This document shows, piece by piece, positions 20,669 to 30,587 of a DNA stretch of 47,304 nt. The notes under the pieces are model-generated. The model was not told the DNA's origin. It searched no databases and saw nothing but the letters and a program-made list of their open reading frames with translations. Made by a program: the position numbers and the translations under genes. Positions within the stretch are counted from its first letter, which is position 1. Each line of letters opens with the position of its first letter. Where the stretch lies: NCBI GenBank assembly GCA_001803465.1, contig MHDE01000002.1, forward strand, positions 1 through 47,304. Direction: 5' to 3'. This DNA is from Microgenomates group bacterium RIFCSPHIGHO2_01_FULL_45_11 (GTDB taxonomy: Bacteria; Patescibacteriota; Microgenomatia; UBA1400; 2-01-FULL-45-11).

Positions 20669-21583
20669 GTGTCGCCACTAACTAACGTAGCCCACTCTAT
20701 CCAGAGGTATTTTGACAACAACATGGCTTCATTAAGGTGGGAAAAACAACTTCATTATGCCGAACGCCTAGGCAAAATCACCGGTCAAAAGAAATATCTT
20801 GACCAAGTTGAACGGCTAATACCTCAGCAAATGCATGAGGCCAAGAGATTATGTGCACTTCTCACCAGCGACTGGTCACAGGAAGCAAAGGTGTTATTAG
20901 CCAGTGTTAAAGTCTTAAAACCAGCTGACAAACTCAAAATAGAGTTATACAAGTCAGATCCCTATCTATTAATAGTCTTTCGTTTTTTATGGTTCGTGTA
21001 CAATTCGTGGCTCGTAACTCAAAAAGACCCGGCCCCGTTAGCTGACGATTTACTAGAAACCATCAGTCAAAAACTGCTAAAAAAAGAAACAGTTAGGGCA
21101 GTAAGTAGCAGGGTAGCTAATAGTTGTTATGCTCTCGAAAAAGTTTATAACGTTCCGCTAGTTGAGTCATACCTTAATACCGTCAACCTCCTTAAATCAT
21201 CTAGAAAGCCTGATGAAATCACTAATTGGTATTATGGCCTTACCCACGTGCTTATCAATGAGTCGGGATATTATCAGCGTTTTATTCCGGAGTATCAAAA
21301 CCGCCAGGTAACTAAACTTCTTATCAAAGACAGTCCCCGAATTATCCAAACTGAAAATATAGATTTAGCCTTAGAAACAGCCATCAGCACCCGTTTAACC
21401 GGAATTAGCCTTAATGCATATGAGACAAAGCTAAAAAAAAGGCTTTTATCCAAATACAACGGCATCTATATTCCCCACGAAGTAAGTACCAATATTAACG
21501 ACACGGAACATCGTAACGTCCTTACCCTCATCTGGATTTTTCTCAAGGAAAAGCAGATTAAGCACTTCTACCCCCTCTCGTAA
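20669..21583 (+). CDS. Hypothetical protein, DUF3541-like
   Basis: YGLTH..I.ES.YYQ, D...E and EHRNVL motifs recalled from DUF3541; 4 nt after the RimK stop. Confidence 0.55.
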   Translation: MSPLTNVAHSIQRYFDNNMASLRWEKQLHYAERLGKITGQKKYLDQVERLIPQQMHEAKRLCALLTSDWSQEAKVLLASVKVLKPADKLKIELYKSDPYLLIVFRFLWFVYNSWLVTQKDPAPLADDLLETISQKLLKKETVRAVSSRVANSCYALEKVYNVPLVESYLNTVNLLKSSRKPDEITNWYYGLTHVLINESGYYQRFIPEYQNRQVTKLLIKDSPRIIQTENIDLALETAISTRLTGISLNAYETKLKKRLLSKYNGIYIPHEVSTNINDTEHRNVLTLIWIFLKEKQIKHFYPLS

Positions 21584-21658
21584 TCCTCAAACTTCCTAAA
21601 TCTCTGCCGATAAAATCATTTCTCACCTTCTTGACAACGAGCGTTAAAATTACCTAGT

Positions 21659-21776
21659 AATAAACTTCCACGGGCTGACACCCGTGGTATTCGCCCGCCT
21701 TAGGCGGGCGAGAAGTATGTTCTGCCTGGAATTCATCCAAGAGCTAACGCTCTTGGTATTCTTCCAGGTTCGAATA
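21659..21776 (+). mobile_element. Non-autonomous IS200/IS605-like palindromic element, copy 1
   Basis: AATAAACT-hairpin-TATTC ... TTCATC-hairpin-TATTC-...CGAATA; homologous to 37629-37740 and 37749-37994. Confidence 0.65.
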
Positions 21777-21793
21777 ATCAAGCGGAGAAAAAT

Positions 21794-22195
21794 ATGACTT
21801 CACATCCAATTGAAATGGGCATGGGTCAGTTAGATTTTGATACCCGATCTCTATTTTTATATGATGGCACGCGTCTTGGCCTTACTCCTCTCGAGCAGGA
21901 TGTTCTCTGTTTACTCTTCTCCAACAATGGCACTCCAGCCTTGCCTGATGAACTGGCAACCGTATTAAATACAAATTTTCAAGTAGCCACAGAACTTGAT
22001 CTTCAAGGCAGGTATCCCGATTTTTACCCAACCACCGAAAATTCTGTTCTCAAGGCAATTTGTCACCTTCGCGAAAAGTTAGAATGCACCGGTTTGTACG
22101 GTTTCATTATCAATGATGGCAAGGGGCGAGGTTACCGTTTTAATCCTGACAAAGTACAACCTTTAAGCTTTCAGCTATCAGCTTTTCTCAAGTGA
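21794..22195 (+). CDS. Stand-alone OmpR/PhoB-type winged-helix DNA-binding protein
   Basis: LTPLEQDVL.LL..N.G, I.HLREKL, G.GYRF; no receiver domain. Confidence 0.75.
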   Translation: MTSHPIEMGMGQLDFDTRSLFLYDGTRLGLTPLEQDVLCLLFSNNGTPALPDELATVLNTNFQVATELDLQGRYPDFYPTTENSVLKAICHLREKLECTGLYGFIINDGKGRGYRFNPDKVQPLSFQLSAFLK

Positions 22196-22280
22196 TCTTC
22201 TTCTTGTAGCTTGCTTCTCGACAGCAGTCTCATGACAGGTACCACGGCTTTTTAAAAAATGTGGTAACCTGAAAATTGAA

Positions 22281-23750
22281 ATGGCTTCCCGCAGAAAACT
22301 CACATCTGGCATGTGGTCGAGTATTTGGCCAGATACCTTCGTCGTAATAGGTATTACTATCTGCTTCGGTTTTATTTTTTTGTACCGGTTGGGCTACCAA
22401 AGCCTGCAAAGCTTCGACGAAGCCTGGTATGCCGCCATCGCCCGCAATTTAGCTACCGGCAAGGCTGCCCCCTTTTTTTCCCAATTTAACGGCGCCATCT
22501 ACACCGACCACCCTCCCTTAGGCTTCTGGCTCATGGCCGCCTCCATGCGGTTGTTTGGCATCAACGAATGGGCAGCCAGATTTCCCCTTGCCCTCGCCGG
22601 CGTCGGGGGTTTATTGGCTTGCTATTGGTTAGCTAGAAGTATCGGCGGCAAGCAAGCAGGGTTGGTAGCCAGCCTGATGCTTGGCTCTTCACTCTGGTAT
22701 GTTTTCCGTTCCCGCTCTGCCAACTTAGACATCCTGGTATCTGCTCTCATGACTGTGGCAGTAGCCTTACTTGTTTCGGCCCTTAAAAAACCCCGCCTCA
22801 TTTATCTAGCCGCACTGGGCTGGGGCTTGGCCCTCTTATCCAAATCAGTGGTTGCCCTCACCCTCCTGCCCGGTTTTTTCATTTGGTTTCTAATAGTTCC
22901 TCTCAAAATAAAGCCCAAACTTTTCCTGTTTGCCGGCTTTGTCCTCATTCTTCTGGCAATCGTAATTCCCTGGTACCGTATTAATTATCTTTGGCACAGC
23001 AACTCGATTTTTTACAACCTGTTTACTATTGGCCTGCGCTCCGGCACCAACCACGTAAGTCTCGAGGCCGTTAACCAAAACCTTTTATATCTTCGAAGCG
23101 GCATTGGCAAGTGGTATTACCCCGGTTTAATCTCCCTCCCGGTCTCTGTCTTTCTTGTTTTCCTCAAAAAAATACCCTCAACCATTATCTATATTTATGT
23201 CTGGCTACTGGCCATCTTGACCCCCCTAGCTCTATCCGCCAAAACCGAAGTCTGGCACTTAATACCCGCTTACCCTCCCTTGATGGTAGTTTCGGCAATA
23301 ACCCTATTTGCCTTAATCCGTCTGGTGGCGACTCATTTAACTCCGCTGTCTATCCTTGGCCGCAACTTCATTCCGCTACTGGCCACGGCCACTGTCGCCG
23401 TCTTGGCCCTACTCCAGCTGAAATCCTTCTGGACATTGGTAATTCCCTCCGCCTTCGCCGTCAGTCAGGAAGCGGATATTGCCAAGAAAGCGGCTATCTA
23501 CCATCAGCCTTTATACCTCAAAGCCTACTTTTGGCCCGCAGCGGTCTATTATTCCGGCCAAGACTTCATTACTTTTCTCGACCTGGCTAAAGATGCCCAT
23601 CAAGTTATGGTCACCCTCCTCCGCCAGCAGCCAGCGCGCGCCATGTTCATCGTGCCGTTCACTGAACTCGATTCATTAAGCCAAGAAGATGTGAACTTTA
23701 CTGTTTTGGAGCGAAACTCTGCCTACGCCCTCATCACCGGCGCAGACTAA
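22281..23750 (+). CDS. ArnT/PMT-like GT-C glycosyltransferase
   Basis: FDEAWYA..AR, DHPPLGFW, GINEWAARFP, many TM segments. Confidence 0.88.
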   Translation: MASRRKLTSGMWSSIWPDTFVVIGITICFGFIFLYRLGYQSLQSFDEAWYAAIARNLATGKAAPFFSQFNGAIYTDHPPLGFWLMAASMRLFGINEWAARFPLALAGVGGLLACYWLARSIGGKQAGLVASLMLGSSLWYVFRSRSANLDILVSALMTVAVALLVSALKKPRLIYLAALGWGLALLSKSVVALTLLPGFFIWFLIVPLKIKPKLFLFAGFVLILLAIVIPWYRINYLWHSNSIFYNLFTIGLRSGTNHVSLEAVNQNLLYLRSGIGKWYYPGLISLPVSVFLVFLKKIPSTIIYIYVWLLAILTPLALSAKTEVWHLIPAYPPLMVVSAITLFALIRLVATHLTPLSILGRNFIPLLATATVAVLALLQLKSFWTLVIPSAFAVSQEADIAKKAAIYHQPLYLKAYFWPAAVYYSGQDFITFLDLAKDAHQVMVTLLRQQPARAMFIVPFTELDSLSQEDVNFTVLERNSAYALITGAD

Positions 23751-23825
23751 ATTGACAACGCTATCAGAATGTTTTAATTCATTAGTAGTATTTCTTAATT
23801 CTTTCCTGGTATACAACACCCTGTC

Positions 23826-25034
23826 ATGAAAAAGCTACTACGCACTATACGCATTAAAAAGGTTGTCGTAGGCTTAAGCGGCGGCGTTGACTCTGCCGTC
23901 GCCGCTTCCCGCCTTGTTGATGCCGGTTATCAAGTCACCGCCGTCTTTCTGGAATGTTATCAGGGCCCCGGTTGCCGCACCCAGGAGGATAGAAAAGACG
24001 CTCTCGACATCGCTCTCAAACTCAACGTCCCCTTCCAAGTTCTCGACCTAAAAAAACCCTACCACGACAAAGTAGTTGATTATTTTTTTAAAGAGTACCA
24101 GGCCGGCCGGACTCCAAACCCAGACACGATCTGTAATCGGGATATTAAATTTGGCCTTTTTTATGACTGGGCCATGGATAAGGGCTTCGACTATGTCGCC
24201 ACGGGACATTACGCCAGGATCAAAGTCAAAAGTCCCGTCGAAGACGAAGCTCGCCTCTGGCGGCAAAAGTCAAAAGTCAAAAATACAACTAAAAATTCAA
24301 AGAATAACAATGAAAAAAACTACGAACTACGGACTACTCCCTACGAACTCCTGCGAGGCATCGACGAGCATAAAGACCAATCTTACTTTCTCTATCTTCT
24401 GCGTCAAGAACAACTCTCCCACCTCCTTTTCCCGGTAGGGGAGTCAACCAAAACTGAAGTCAGAAAGGAAGCCCAACAACGCGGCTTATCCGTCGCCGCC
24501 AAGCCCGACAGCCAAGGCATTTGTTTTATTGGTGAAGTCAATGTTAGAAAATTCTTGGGAAGTCGCATCAAACCCAAAAAGGGGAGGGTAATAACCAAAA
24601 AGGGGCAACCAATAGGTGAGCACGATGGCGTTTGGTTCTTCACCATCGGCCAACGGGGCGGCTGGCGATTAAGTCCGAGTTATCAACGGGTTTTTTCCGG
24701 GTCGCTTCCACCCCTATATATCATAAGAAAAAATGTGTCCAAAAATGAATTAATTATTGGACTCAAAGAAGATTGTTATCAAGATAAATTATCTATTTCC
24801 AATGTTCATTGGCTCCATGAGGACATCGAATCACGAATCACGAATCACGAATTAAGGGACTTGAAAGTAAAGATTCGTCATCAGGGTGAATTAATACCAG
24901 TTAAAAGCATTTCCGTAATTCAAAATTCGAAATTCTTACTTCAGCTCGCGAAGCGAGCTTTTGGGGTGGCGCCGGGTCAAGCGTGTGTCTTCTATGATAG
25001 AGAAGTTTGTTTGGGGGGAGGAACTATCAGATAA
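23826..25034 (+). CDS. mnmA: tRNA-specific 2-thiouridylase MnmA with repeat-derived insertions
   Basis: GLSGGVDS, TPNPD..CN..IKFG, ATGHYAR, KDQSYFL, DSQGICFIG, APGQA. Confidence 0.96.
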   Translation: MKKLLRTIRIKKVVVGLSGGVDSAVAASRLVDAGYQVTAVFLECYQGPGCRTQEDRKDALDIALKLNVPFQVLDLKKPYHDKVVDYFFKEYQAGRTPNPDTICNRDIKFGLFYDWAMDKGFDYVATGHYARIKVKSPVEDEARLWRQKSKVKNTTKNSKNNNEKNYELRTTPYELLRGIDEHKDQSYFLYLLRQEQLSHLLFPVGESTKTEVRKEAQQRGLSVAAKPDSQGICFIGEVNVRKFLGSRIKPKKGRVITKKGQPIGEHDGVWFFTIGQRGGWRLSPSYQRVFSGSLPPLYIIRKNVSKNELIIGLKEDCYQDKLSISNVHWLHEDIESRITNHELRDLKVKIRHQGELIPVKSISVIQNSKFLLQLAKRAFGVAPGQACVFYDREVCLGGGTIR

Positions 25035-25062
25035 AAATGACTGGATGCTATAATGCATTGTT

Positions 25063-25329
25063 ATGGAAGAAATTAATCAAAATCGACTTCCACAGGATTG
25101 CATGCGGGCTTCACAAAATTTAGATTGGGCTAAGGGTGTGCGAGCAGCTTACGTAATTGCCGATGTATTGATGATGTTATTTGCACATAAAGTCCCCGAA
25201 TATAACCACTTAATTTTTTTAGAAGTTTTTGCCATTGGACTTATTGAGATGATAGGCGCTGGAATAAATACATTTCGTCGGGATATCGAATTTAAATTAA
25301 TAGCTGATCGTTATCAGAACAACAATTAA
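25063..25329 (+). CDS. Small 2-TM hypothetical protein
   Basis: 88 aa ORF; TATAAT just upstream. Confidence 0.6.
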   Translation: MEEINQNRLPQDCMRASQNLDWAKGVRAAYVIADVLMMLFAHKVPEYNHLIFLEVFAIGLIEMIGAGINTFRRDIEFKLIADRYQNNN

Positions 25330-25452
25330 ATTAGCATAGAGGCTGAGTGATGTTTTCTTTCAAGCTGAAGTGCCCTCCCAGCTAAAGCTTCGGTGAGTAA
25401 ATGTTTAGAGGTCTCACTTGTCATTGATTGGAAAAAGCGTTATGAACAATCT

Positions 25453-25788
25453 ATGCCCAGAAGATATAATTCAAGGGAGCGTGAACCTAATCTCTTACCA
25501 CCAGGCGACCTGACAGGATACGGTATTGAAATCCGTCACACTAGCCGAGAGTATCAAGAACATTTTGGCCTCAGCCCCGATGCAGTTCTCGTCGGCGTCG
25601 AATTGTTACCGAAAAAATACAACTTGATTCCCATCGGCCACTTCGATCAAGGAATATTCAGTACTCCTCCCGATCGAGCCCCGGACGTGAGAACACTATT
25701 AAATTCAAATCTACTCCAGGAACTTCCAGAAATTGCTGCCGCCTTGCAGGCCTGGCTAACCACCACTTCATCAGCAAGTGATCAGTAA
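25453..25788 (+). CDS. Hypothetical protein
   Basis: ORF; ATG at 25453 preferred over GTG at 25393. Confidence 0.55.
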   Translation: MPRRYNSREREPNLLPPGDLTGYGIEIRHTSREYQEHFGLSPDAVLVGVELLPKKYNLIPIGHFDQGIFSTPPDRAPDVRTLLNSNLLQELPEIAAALQAWLTTTSSASDQ

Positions 25789-25802
25789 CTAGAAGAAATG
25801 AT

Positions 25803-26513
25803 CTACTGGGTTGTTCCCGTCGTCGGCGTGGCTGACGGGCTGGCTTTTGGAGTAGTTGTCGGTAAAGGAGAAGTCCGTGGCGTTGCGCTCGGCGTCGCCA
25901 TCAACGTCGGAATTGGCTTTGGACTGGGTCGAGGCAATGGCGTTGGTCTGCTAATCGGAGCCGGCGAGGGCACCGTTGACTGGGCTCCCGATCGAAAATC
26001 GCTGATGCGTTGGACCAGAAGGTAAGCGCTGGTTAACCCCCCGGCCAACACAAAAAAGATCAGTAATCCTAGGAGCGCCTTTTTACCCCCACTCTTTTTG
26101 CCGTTGGGCGGTTCACCGGGCATAGTCGGTACTCCCGGACTAACCGGAGTTAGGATAGTTGGTGTCGTTGCATCTGGCGTCATCGGCATTGGTTCAAAAG
26201 TAGGGCTTCCGCTAGGAGAGGGCATAGTTGACGCCGGCTCGGGCGTCGGAACAGTTGGTGCAGCTGGTATCGGTTCTACCGGCGTCGTCACCATCAGGGG
26301 CGGTTCAGGGATGGTAGAAGTCGGAGTTGGAACTATTGGTTCCGGCATTGGATTAACCGGTTCTGGCTCAGTTGGGGGAGTAGTTGGTTGAGATAGCGGT
26401 TGAGTTGGGCTGGTAGGCTCGGTGGGATTTAGCGCCGTCGGTGCCGCTGGCGTACCGGCCATCGGATCAGGCATTGTCGTCGGAGAATTCGGGTCAGTTG
26501 ATTGGTCAGGCAT
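25803..26513 (-). CDS. Pro/Thr-rich single-pass membrane protein
   Basis: Low-complexity P/T segments flanking KKSGGKK plus a TM helix. Confidence 0.8.
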   Translation of the reverse strand: MPDQSTDPNSPTTMPDPMAGTPAAPTALNPTEPTSPTQPLSQPTTPPTEPEPVNPMPEPIVPTPTSTIPEPPLMVTTPVEPIPAAPTVPTPEPASTMPSPSGSPTFEPMPMTPDATTPTILTPVSPGVPTMPGEPPNGKKSGGKKALLGLLIFFVLAGGLTSAYLLVQRISDFRSGAQSTVPSPAPISRPTPLPRPSPKPIPTLMATPSATPRTSPLPTTTPKASPSATPTTGTTQ

Positions 26514-26617
26514 ACTTAATTTTGTAGCACGATTTATATTCTCAATGCAACCCCAATTTTAATAAGATCGTTTAATGACATCTTAAGAAAACAATCATCA
26601 TTACTTGTTTACAGGAT

Positions 26618-27247
26618 CTAGCGGCACGGATCAATCCACAAACCAATCCCTCTAGTTAGGTAATAGTAAACTGACCCTGACCCATCGGAGTAGATTAGCG
26701 TTTCCGTTTCCGGCTGGTAGCCGAGGAAAGTCAACCTCGTTTTTGTTCCCGGAGTTTCGTCAATCCACTGTAACATTCTGCCTTGAGAGTCAAGCACCAC
26801 TCTTTTTCTATCATCATTACCTCCCACCGTATAGCTCACCATTCGGGCCTCGGTATCCACCACCACGCTACCAACCTCGGGTACCGCCGTTTTCGGATCG
26901 CTCGGGCCGATGAGCGATATCATCCAGACTTCATTTGACACTAAATCAGTCATCTCTACCACACAGCCATTATTACAATTAATTAATCCGGAGATTTTCG
27001 AGTCGAAAGGGTAAATCGTCAAATCACGAGAGTTTTTATCGTCCGCAGTTGGCAAAGGCAGGGGATAGCTACAAAAGTCCGGCTGGGGCGTCAGCTTGGT
27101 GAGGCGCAGCTTCGTCCCCGTCAGCCCTAAAGCCAGGGCACTTCTAGCATCATAGCCGGACAAATTAATTACCACTAAAACAGTCATCAAACCGATCGTC
27201 AAACCCAAGCCTACTAAATGGAGTACAATTGCCATACGGGAAGTCAT
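26618..27247 (-). CDS. Membrane-anchored hypothetical protein
   Basis: N-terminal TM followed by a beta-rich domain. Confidence 0.7.
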   Translation of the reverse strand: MTSRMAIVLHLVGLGLTIGLMTVLVVINLSGYDARSALALGLTGTKLRLTKLTPQPDFCSYPLPLPTADDKNSRDLTIYPFDSKISGLINCNNGCVVEMTDLVSNEVWMISLIGPSDPKTAVPEVGSVVVDTEARMVSYTVGGNDDRKRVVLDSQGRMLQWIDETPGTKTRLTFLGYQPETETLIYSDGSGSVYYYLTRGIGLWIDPCR

Positions 27248-27286
27248 CGTTTTGTTTTGATTGTACCTTAACTAGGGGCTTTTGAA

Positions 27287-27345
27287 AGATTCTGAAACAA
27301 GTTCAGAATGACCTTATTCGTCATGCTGAATTTACTTCAGCATCT
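27287..27345. repeat. REP-like paired palindromes
   Basis: agattctgaaacaagttcagaatgac / gtcatgctgaatttacttcagcatct, inverted pair; same family at 35973-36104. Confidence 0.75.
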
Positions 27346-27364
27346 CCACCACCAACCCATTTTT

Positions 27365-28825
27365 ATGGCAGTAACGGCTCATCAATTTACTAAACCCGTC
27401 TCTTTTTTGTTACTGTGGTTACTCATTATCCTTGGTATCTTTCTCCGTGTTGACCGCGGCGACCGCTTTCCCGTTTACCAAAACGACGACGGCCTTTTCT
27501 ATACCTGGGCGGGCTTATCCATGTTAGAAAACTTCTCAAGCCCCACCAGCCTGTCTGTCTTTGAAACCAACAACCCTTTCTTAATCTGGCGCTCCCAATA
27601 TATGCCCTTTGAACCGGTCCAAGAATTCGGCTTTCGGATTGTCCGGCCTTGGTTTGACCTGCCGCCACTGGGCACGCTTCTCATCAGCCTGCCAGCCTAT
27701 GCTCTTGGCTACCGCGGTTTTAGCCAAATTCCCCACCTCATTGTCCGCTTGCCGGCTTTTGTCGCCAGCGTTTTTACTCTGCTTGGCACTTACCTTTTAG
27801 GCAAATCGTTATTCGGTAGGGCCAGCGCTCGTTGGGCTCTAATCTTCTTCGCTGTCTGGCCGCTGGCCGTCTTTTCCCACCGCCAAAGTTATTTGGAGAA
27901 CATCTTGACTCCCTTTATCCTCCTTGCCCTCTGGGCGTTCTATCGACTCTACGCACTACGCTCTACGCTCTACGCAACTAATGTTCGCCGCTGGCTGTGG
28001 CGACTGGTCCTATTATGTGTGATGATTGCCGGCTGGATTAAAATCCCCGGCTTTGGTTTATCCTTAGTCATCGCTTATTGGCTACTGGCTAAAAAAGACT
28101 GGTTTAGACTCAAACAACTTTTTACCGTTACTCTCATCTCCTTTGGCCTCTATCTCATCTATGGTCACTTAATCGGCGGTCCCGCTTTCTGGCAGACGCT
28201 AACCAATCAAGCGGGCAGGGGAGCGTATCTAACGAGTTGGTTTTACATGCTCACCACTCCTGACGTTTTTGGCCCCATTCGCGACGGCTGGTGGCTTCTA
28301 GGCTGGCTGGCTCTCCTCTGGGTCGGCTCCCGGCCAGGCAAAGCCAACCGTTTTTTGCTTATTAATACTATTTTGTGGATGGTTGTCATTTTCGTTACCT
28401 CCGGCCGGGAAAACACCTCTCCCTGGTACCGCTACCCTTTGTTTCCTTTTTTGATGATTGCCCTCGGTGAAGTCGTCAGAGAGTTCTGGCACTCCGTCAC
28501 TCAAACCCGAGCTGTTAGTCAAACGGGTTTTATCTGGGCCGTTCTCTTTTTCCTTTTCGGTCTGACCGGTTGGGAACTGGCCGGCTTTACAGTCGGAAGT
28601 AATGTTCTCCGCTTCGGTATAGTCATCGTCATCGCTGTCTTCTTCACGAGTTTAGTTTCTAACCATCGCGTCAACCGCCTCATCAGTCAATTAGTTGCAG
28701 CTAGCCTGATTGGTTTGATGCTTTTAGGGAATATCGCCGCTGTCCGCCGTTATCCATTCTTGCGTTGTCCTCCCGGCGAATGCCTGGAACCCACTAAACT
28801 TTCCATCCCCTTTTCAATCGAATAG
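27365..28825 (+). CDS. ArnT/PMT-like GT-C glycosyltransferase
   Basis: DDGLFYTWAG, WFDLPPLG, VRLPA, many TM; start placed at MAVT because the upstream extension is REP-derived. Confidence 0.85.
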   Translation: MAVTAHQFTKPVSFLLLWLLIILGIFLRVDRGDRFPVYQNDDGLFYTWAGLSMLENFSSPTSLSVFETNNPFLIWRSQYMPFEPVQEFGFRIVRPWFDLPPLGTLLISLPAYALGYRGFSQIPHLIVRLPAFVASVFTLLGTYLLGKSLFGRASARWALIFFAVWPLAVFSHRQSYLENILTPFILLALWAFYRLYALRSTLYATNVRRWLWRLVLLCVMIAGWIKIPGFGLSLVIAYWLLAKKDWFRLKQLFTVTLISFGLYLIYGHLIGGPAFWQTLTNQAGRGAYLTSWFYMLTTPDVFGPIRDGWWLLGWLALLWVGSRPGKANRFLLINTILWMVVIFVTSGRENTSPWYRYPLFPFLMIALGEVVREFWHSVTQTRAVSQTGFIWAVLFFLFGLTGWELAGFTVGSNVLRFGIVIVIAVFFTSLVSNHRVNRLISQLVAASLIGLMLLGNIAAVRRYPFLRCPPGECLEPTKLSIPFSIE

Positions 28826-28902
28826 ACACATTATCATGATTACCAAAGTTGCCAAAAGTGTGTAATTGGTGTATATAAAACCCGCCTGCCTTTAAAGGCA
28901 TC

Positions 28903-29226
28903 ATGGCACCATCACTAGCACAATCCTTCTACCTACCGAAAAATTCAGACGGAGAGTATCTTCCTTTTCCTTCTTCAATAATTCCGGACGGCACCCAGTG
29001 TATTCTTTCAAAAGAAGGGATAAGGCTGCTAAACGGAATGTTTAACACCGGTCTTTTGGAAGGAGAGATTCTCCAAAGGACATCAGGCTCCTGCCTATTT
29101 GATCGTTGTGGTCTGGGGTTAGCCGGATTAGCTACACCCGACGGCCTTATCCTCTGCATTCCTGTTGATAAAGATGTTTTTTCCGAAATCAGGCCTTCCA
29201 GCGTTACCGACCCCAGCCGCCGTTAA
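28903..29226 (+). CDS. Small hypothetical protein
   Basis: 107 aa ORF; shares a DG....L...G motif with neighbours. Confidence 0.6.
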   Translation: MAPSLAQSFYLPKNSDGEYLPFPSSIIPDGTQCILSKEGIRLLNGMFNTGLLEGEILQRTSGSCLFDRCGLGLAGLATPDGLILCIPVDKDVFSEIRPSSVTDPSRR

Positions 29227-29230
29227 TAAA

Positions 29231-29581
29231 ATGACCAGCCTTATCGAACTCAACGCTCAAGACGGTGATATAGTCAGCCTCACACCCCAAGGGTTAATAG
29301 AGCTAGTCGCCTATTTGTGGGAGAACGTAGAATCAGATAGTACTGGAATCCTTATCGATTCTCTTTTACCCATCGTTCTGGTAGGCGCCTTCCAGCCTAG
29401 CGGTAACCGAGTCCGCCTCCATCTCTTTGAAAACGCCGGCACTAGCGCCAACCCCGACATCCGTTTGGTAATAGGAATTCACTGGTGGACATTAGCCGAT
29501 CCCAGTTTTTTCGCCGCCAAAATAGACGACCTTTTAGAAGCCGTGACGCCCGACCAGAACCGACCTCTCCACGGGGAGTAG
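29231..29581 (+). CDS. Small hypothetical protein
   Basis: ATG 4 nt after the upstream stop. Confidence 0.6.
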   Translation: MTSLIELNAQDGDIVSLTPQGLIELVAYLWENVESDSTGILIDSLLPIVLVGAFQPSGNRVRLHLFENAGTSANPDIRLVIGIHWWTLADPSFFAAKIDDLLEAVTPDQNRPLHGE

Positions 29582-29603
29582 TCGGCAACGAATCTCAAAC
29601 CCC

Positions 29604-29750
29604 TTGATTTTTCTCCAAGTTTTGCTATAGTAGCTTCACCCTGAGCGAAGCCGAAGGGCGTGCTCATTTGAATATGACGTAACTTTCTGACCAAGTCTCG
29701 GGTCCGCCAGCTGGCGGATCATATCTACCCCGACCTGGTCGGGGTTATTT
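29604..29750 (+). promoter_or_regulatory. Sigma70-type promoter with terminator/antiterminator leader
   Basis: TTGATT-16-(TGn)TATAGT; hairpin ACCCCGAC-ctg-GTCGGGGT-TATTT; 29690-29703 can pair with its left arm. Confidence 0.5.
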
Positions 29751-29760
29751 GTAGGCCAAA

Positions 29761-29997
29761 ATGGCAGGAGAAAATCAGAGTAATCCTCTAATTGATCTGG
29801 GAAAACCGGTTGAGATTACGTCACTAGAGTTAGCAAATCTTAGAGAAACATTTGAATTTTTAACAAATCAATTGCTGAGAGGGCAGATAACCTTACAAAC
29901 TTATCAGTCAATTGTTGAGAGCCTTGAACAAAGACTAGCTAGAAAAGAAAATGAGCGGTATTTGTACGAATCGGGAAGCCCACCGATTATAATTTAG
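29761..29997 (+). CDS. Small hypothetical protein
   Basis: 78 aa ORF in an array of small genes. Confidence 0.6.
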   Translation: MAGENQSNPLIDLGKPVEITSLELANLRETFEFLTNQLLRGQITLQTYQSIVESLEQRLARKENERYLYESGSPPIII

Positions 29998-30036
29998 CTC
30001 ATTATCAAATAATTCTCTGCCCAAAAAGGAACAACC

Positions 30037-30330
30037 ATGACCACCATGGCAGAAATAGAAACAATCTTAGCCCAACAAGGAAAACAATTGCGAGTGGGTG
30101 ATCGATTGAATCTAGATAAAAAAGGTCAACGAGCCGTGGCAGGAGAGCTAAGTGATCTGCAAGAGGGATGGACTGCTGTAGCTGTTTGCATCGCTCAATT
30201 TAGAGCTTACGGCATTCCGGGAGCTTTGATTGAGCCCATACTTAGACATTCATCTGGTGAAGAAATATTGGGAGGAGGTAGGCGGCTTATCGGTAACGCT
30301 GATGATTATTTCCAGCCGCCAACCGAATAA
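30037..30330 (+). CDS. Small hypothetical protein
   Basis: AAGGA RBS; ends PPTE. Confidence 0.65.
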   Translation: MTTMAEIETILAQQGKQLRVGDRLNLDKKGQRAVAGELSDLQEGWTAVAVCIAQFRAYGIPGALIEPILRHSSGEEILGGGRRLIGNADDYFQPPTE

Positions 30331-30374
30331 CGAATTAACAATCTAATAAAAAACTTTTGCCCATAAGAAACCTA

Positions 30375-30587
30375 ATGACAGCAGAAACATTAGCAGGCTA
30401 CATACTATGGTTAGAAGAGTTTGGATGTGGATTAGCACCGGACAAAATCAGTATTGGTCGTTTGACAAGAAGTGCTCGTTTTGATCCCATATTAACGGAG
30501 GAAGAGTTAGCTGCATTTTTTAGAAAGCGAGATGAAATATTGCCAATCAAGAGCTCATTAGATCAATCGGAATTGCCAACCGAATAA
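30375..30587 (+). CDS. Small hypothetical protein
   Basis: ATG at 30375; ends LPTE. Confidence 0.55.
   Translation: MTAETLAGYILWLEEFGCGLAPDKISIGRLTRSARFDPILTEEELAAFFRKRDEILPIKSSLDQSELPTE

Noticed and set aside
25798..26391. Gly/Val-rich plus-strand ORFs
   Set aside because: Mirror of the Pro/Thr codons of the minus-strand gene
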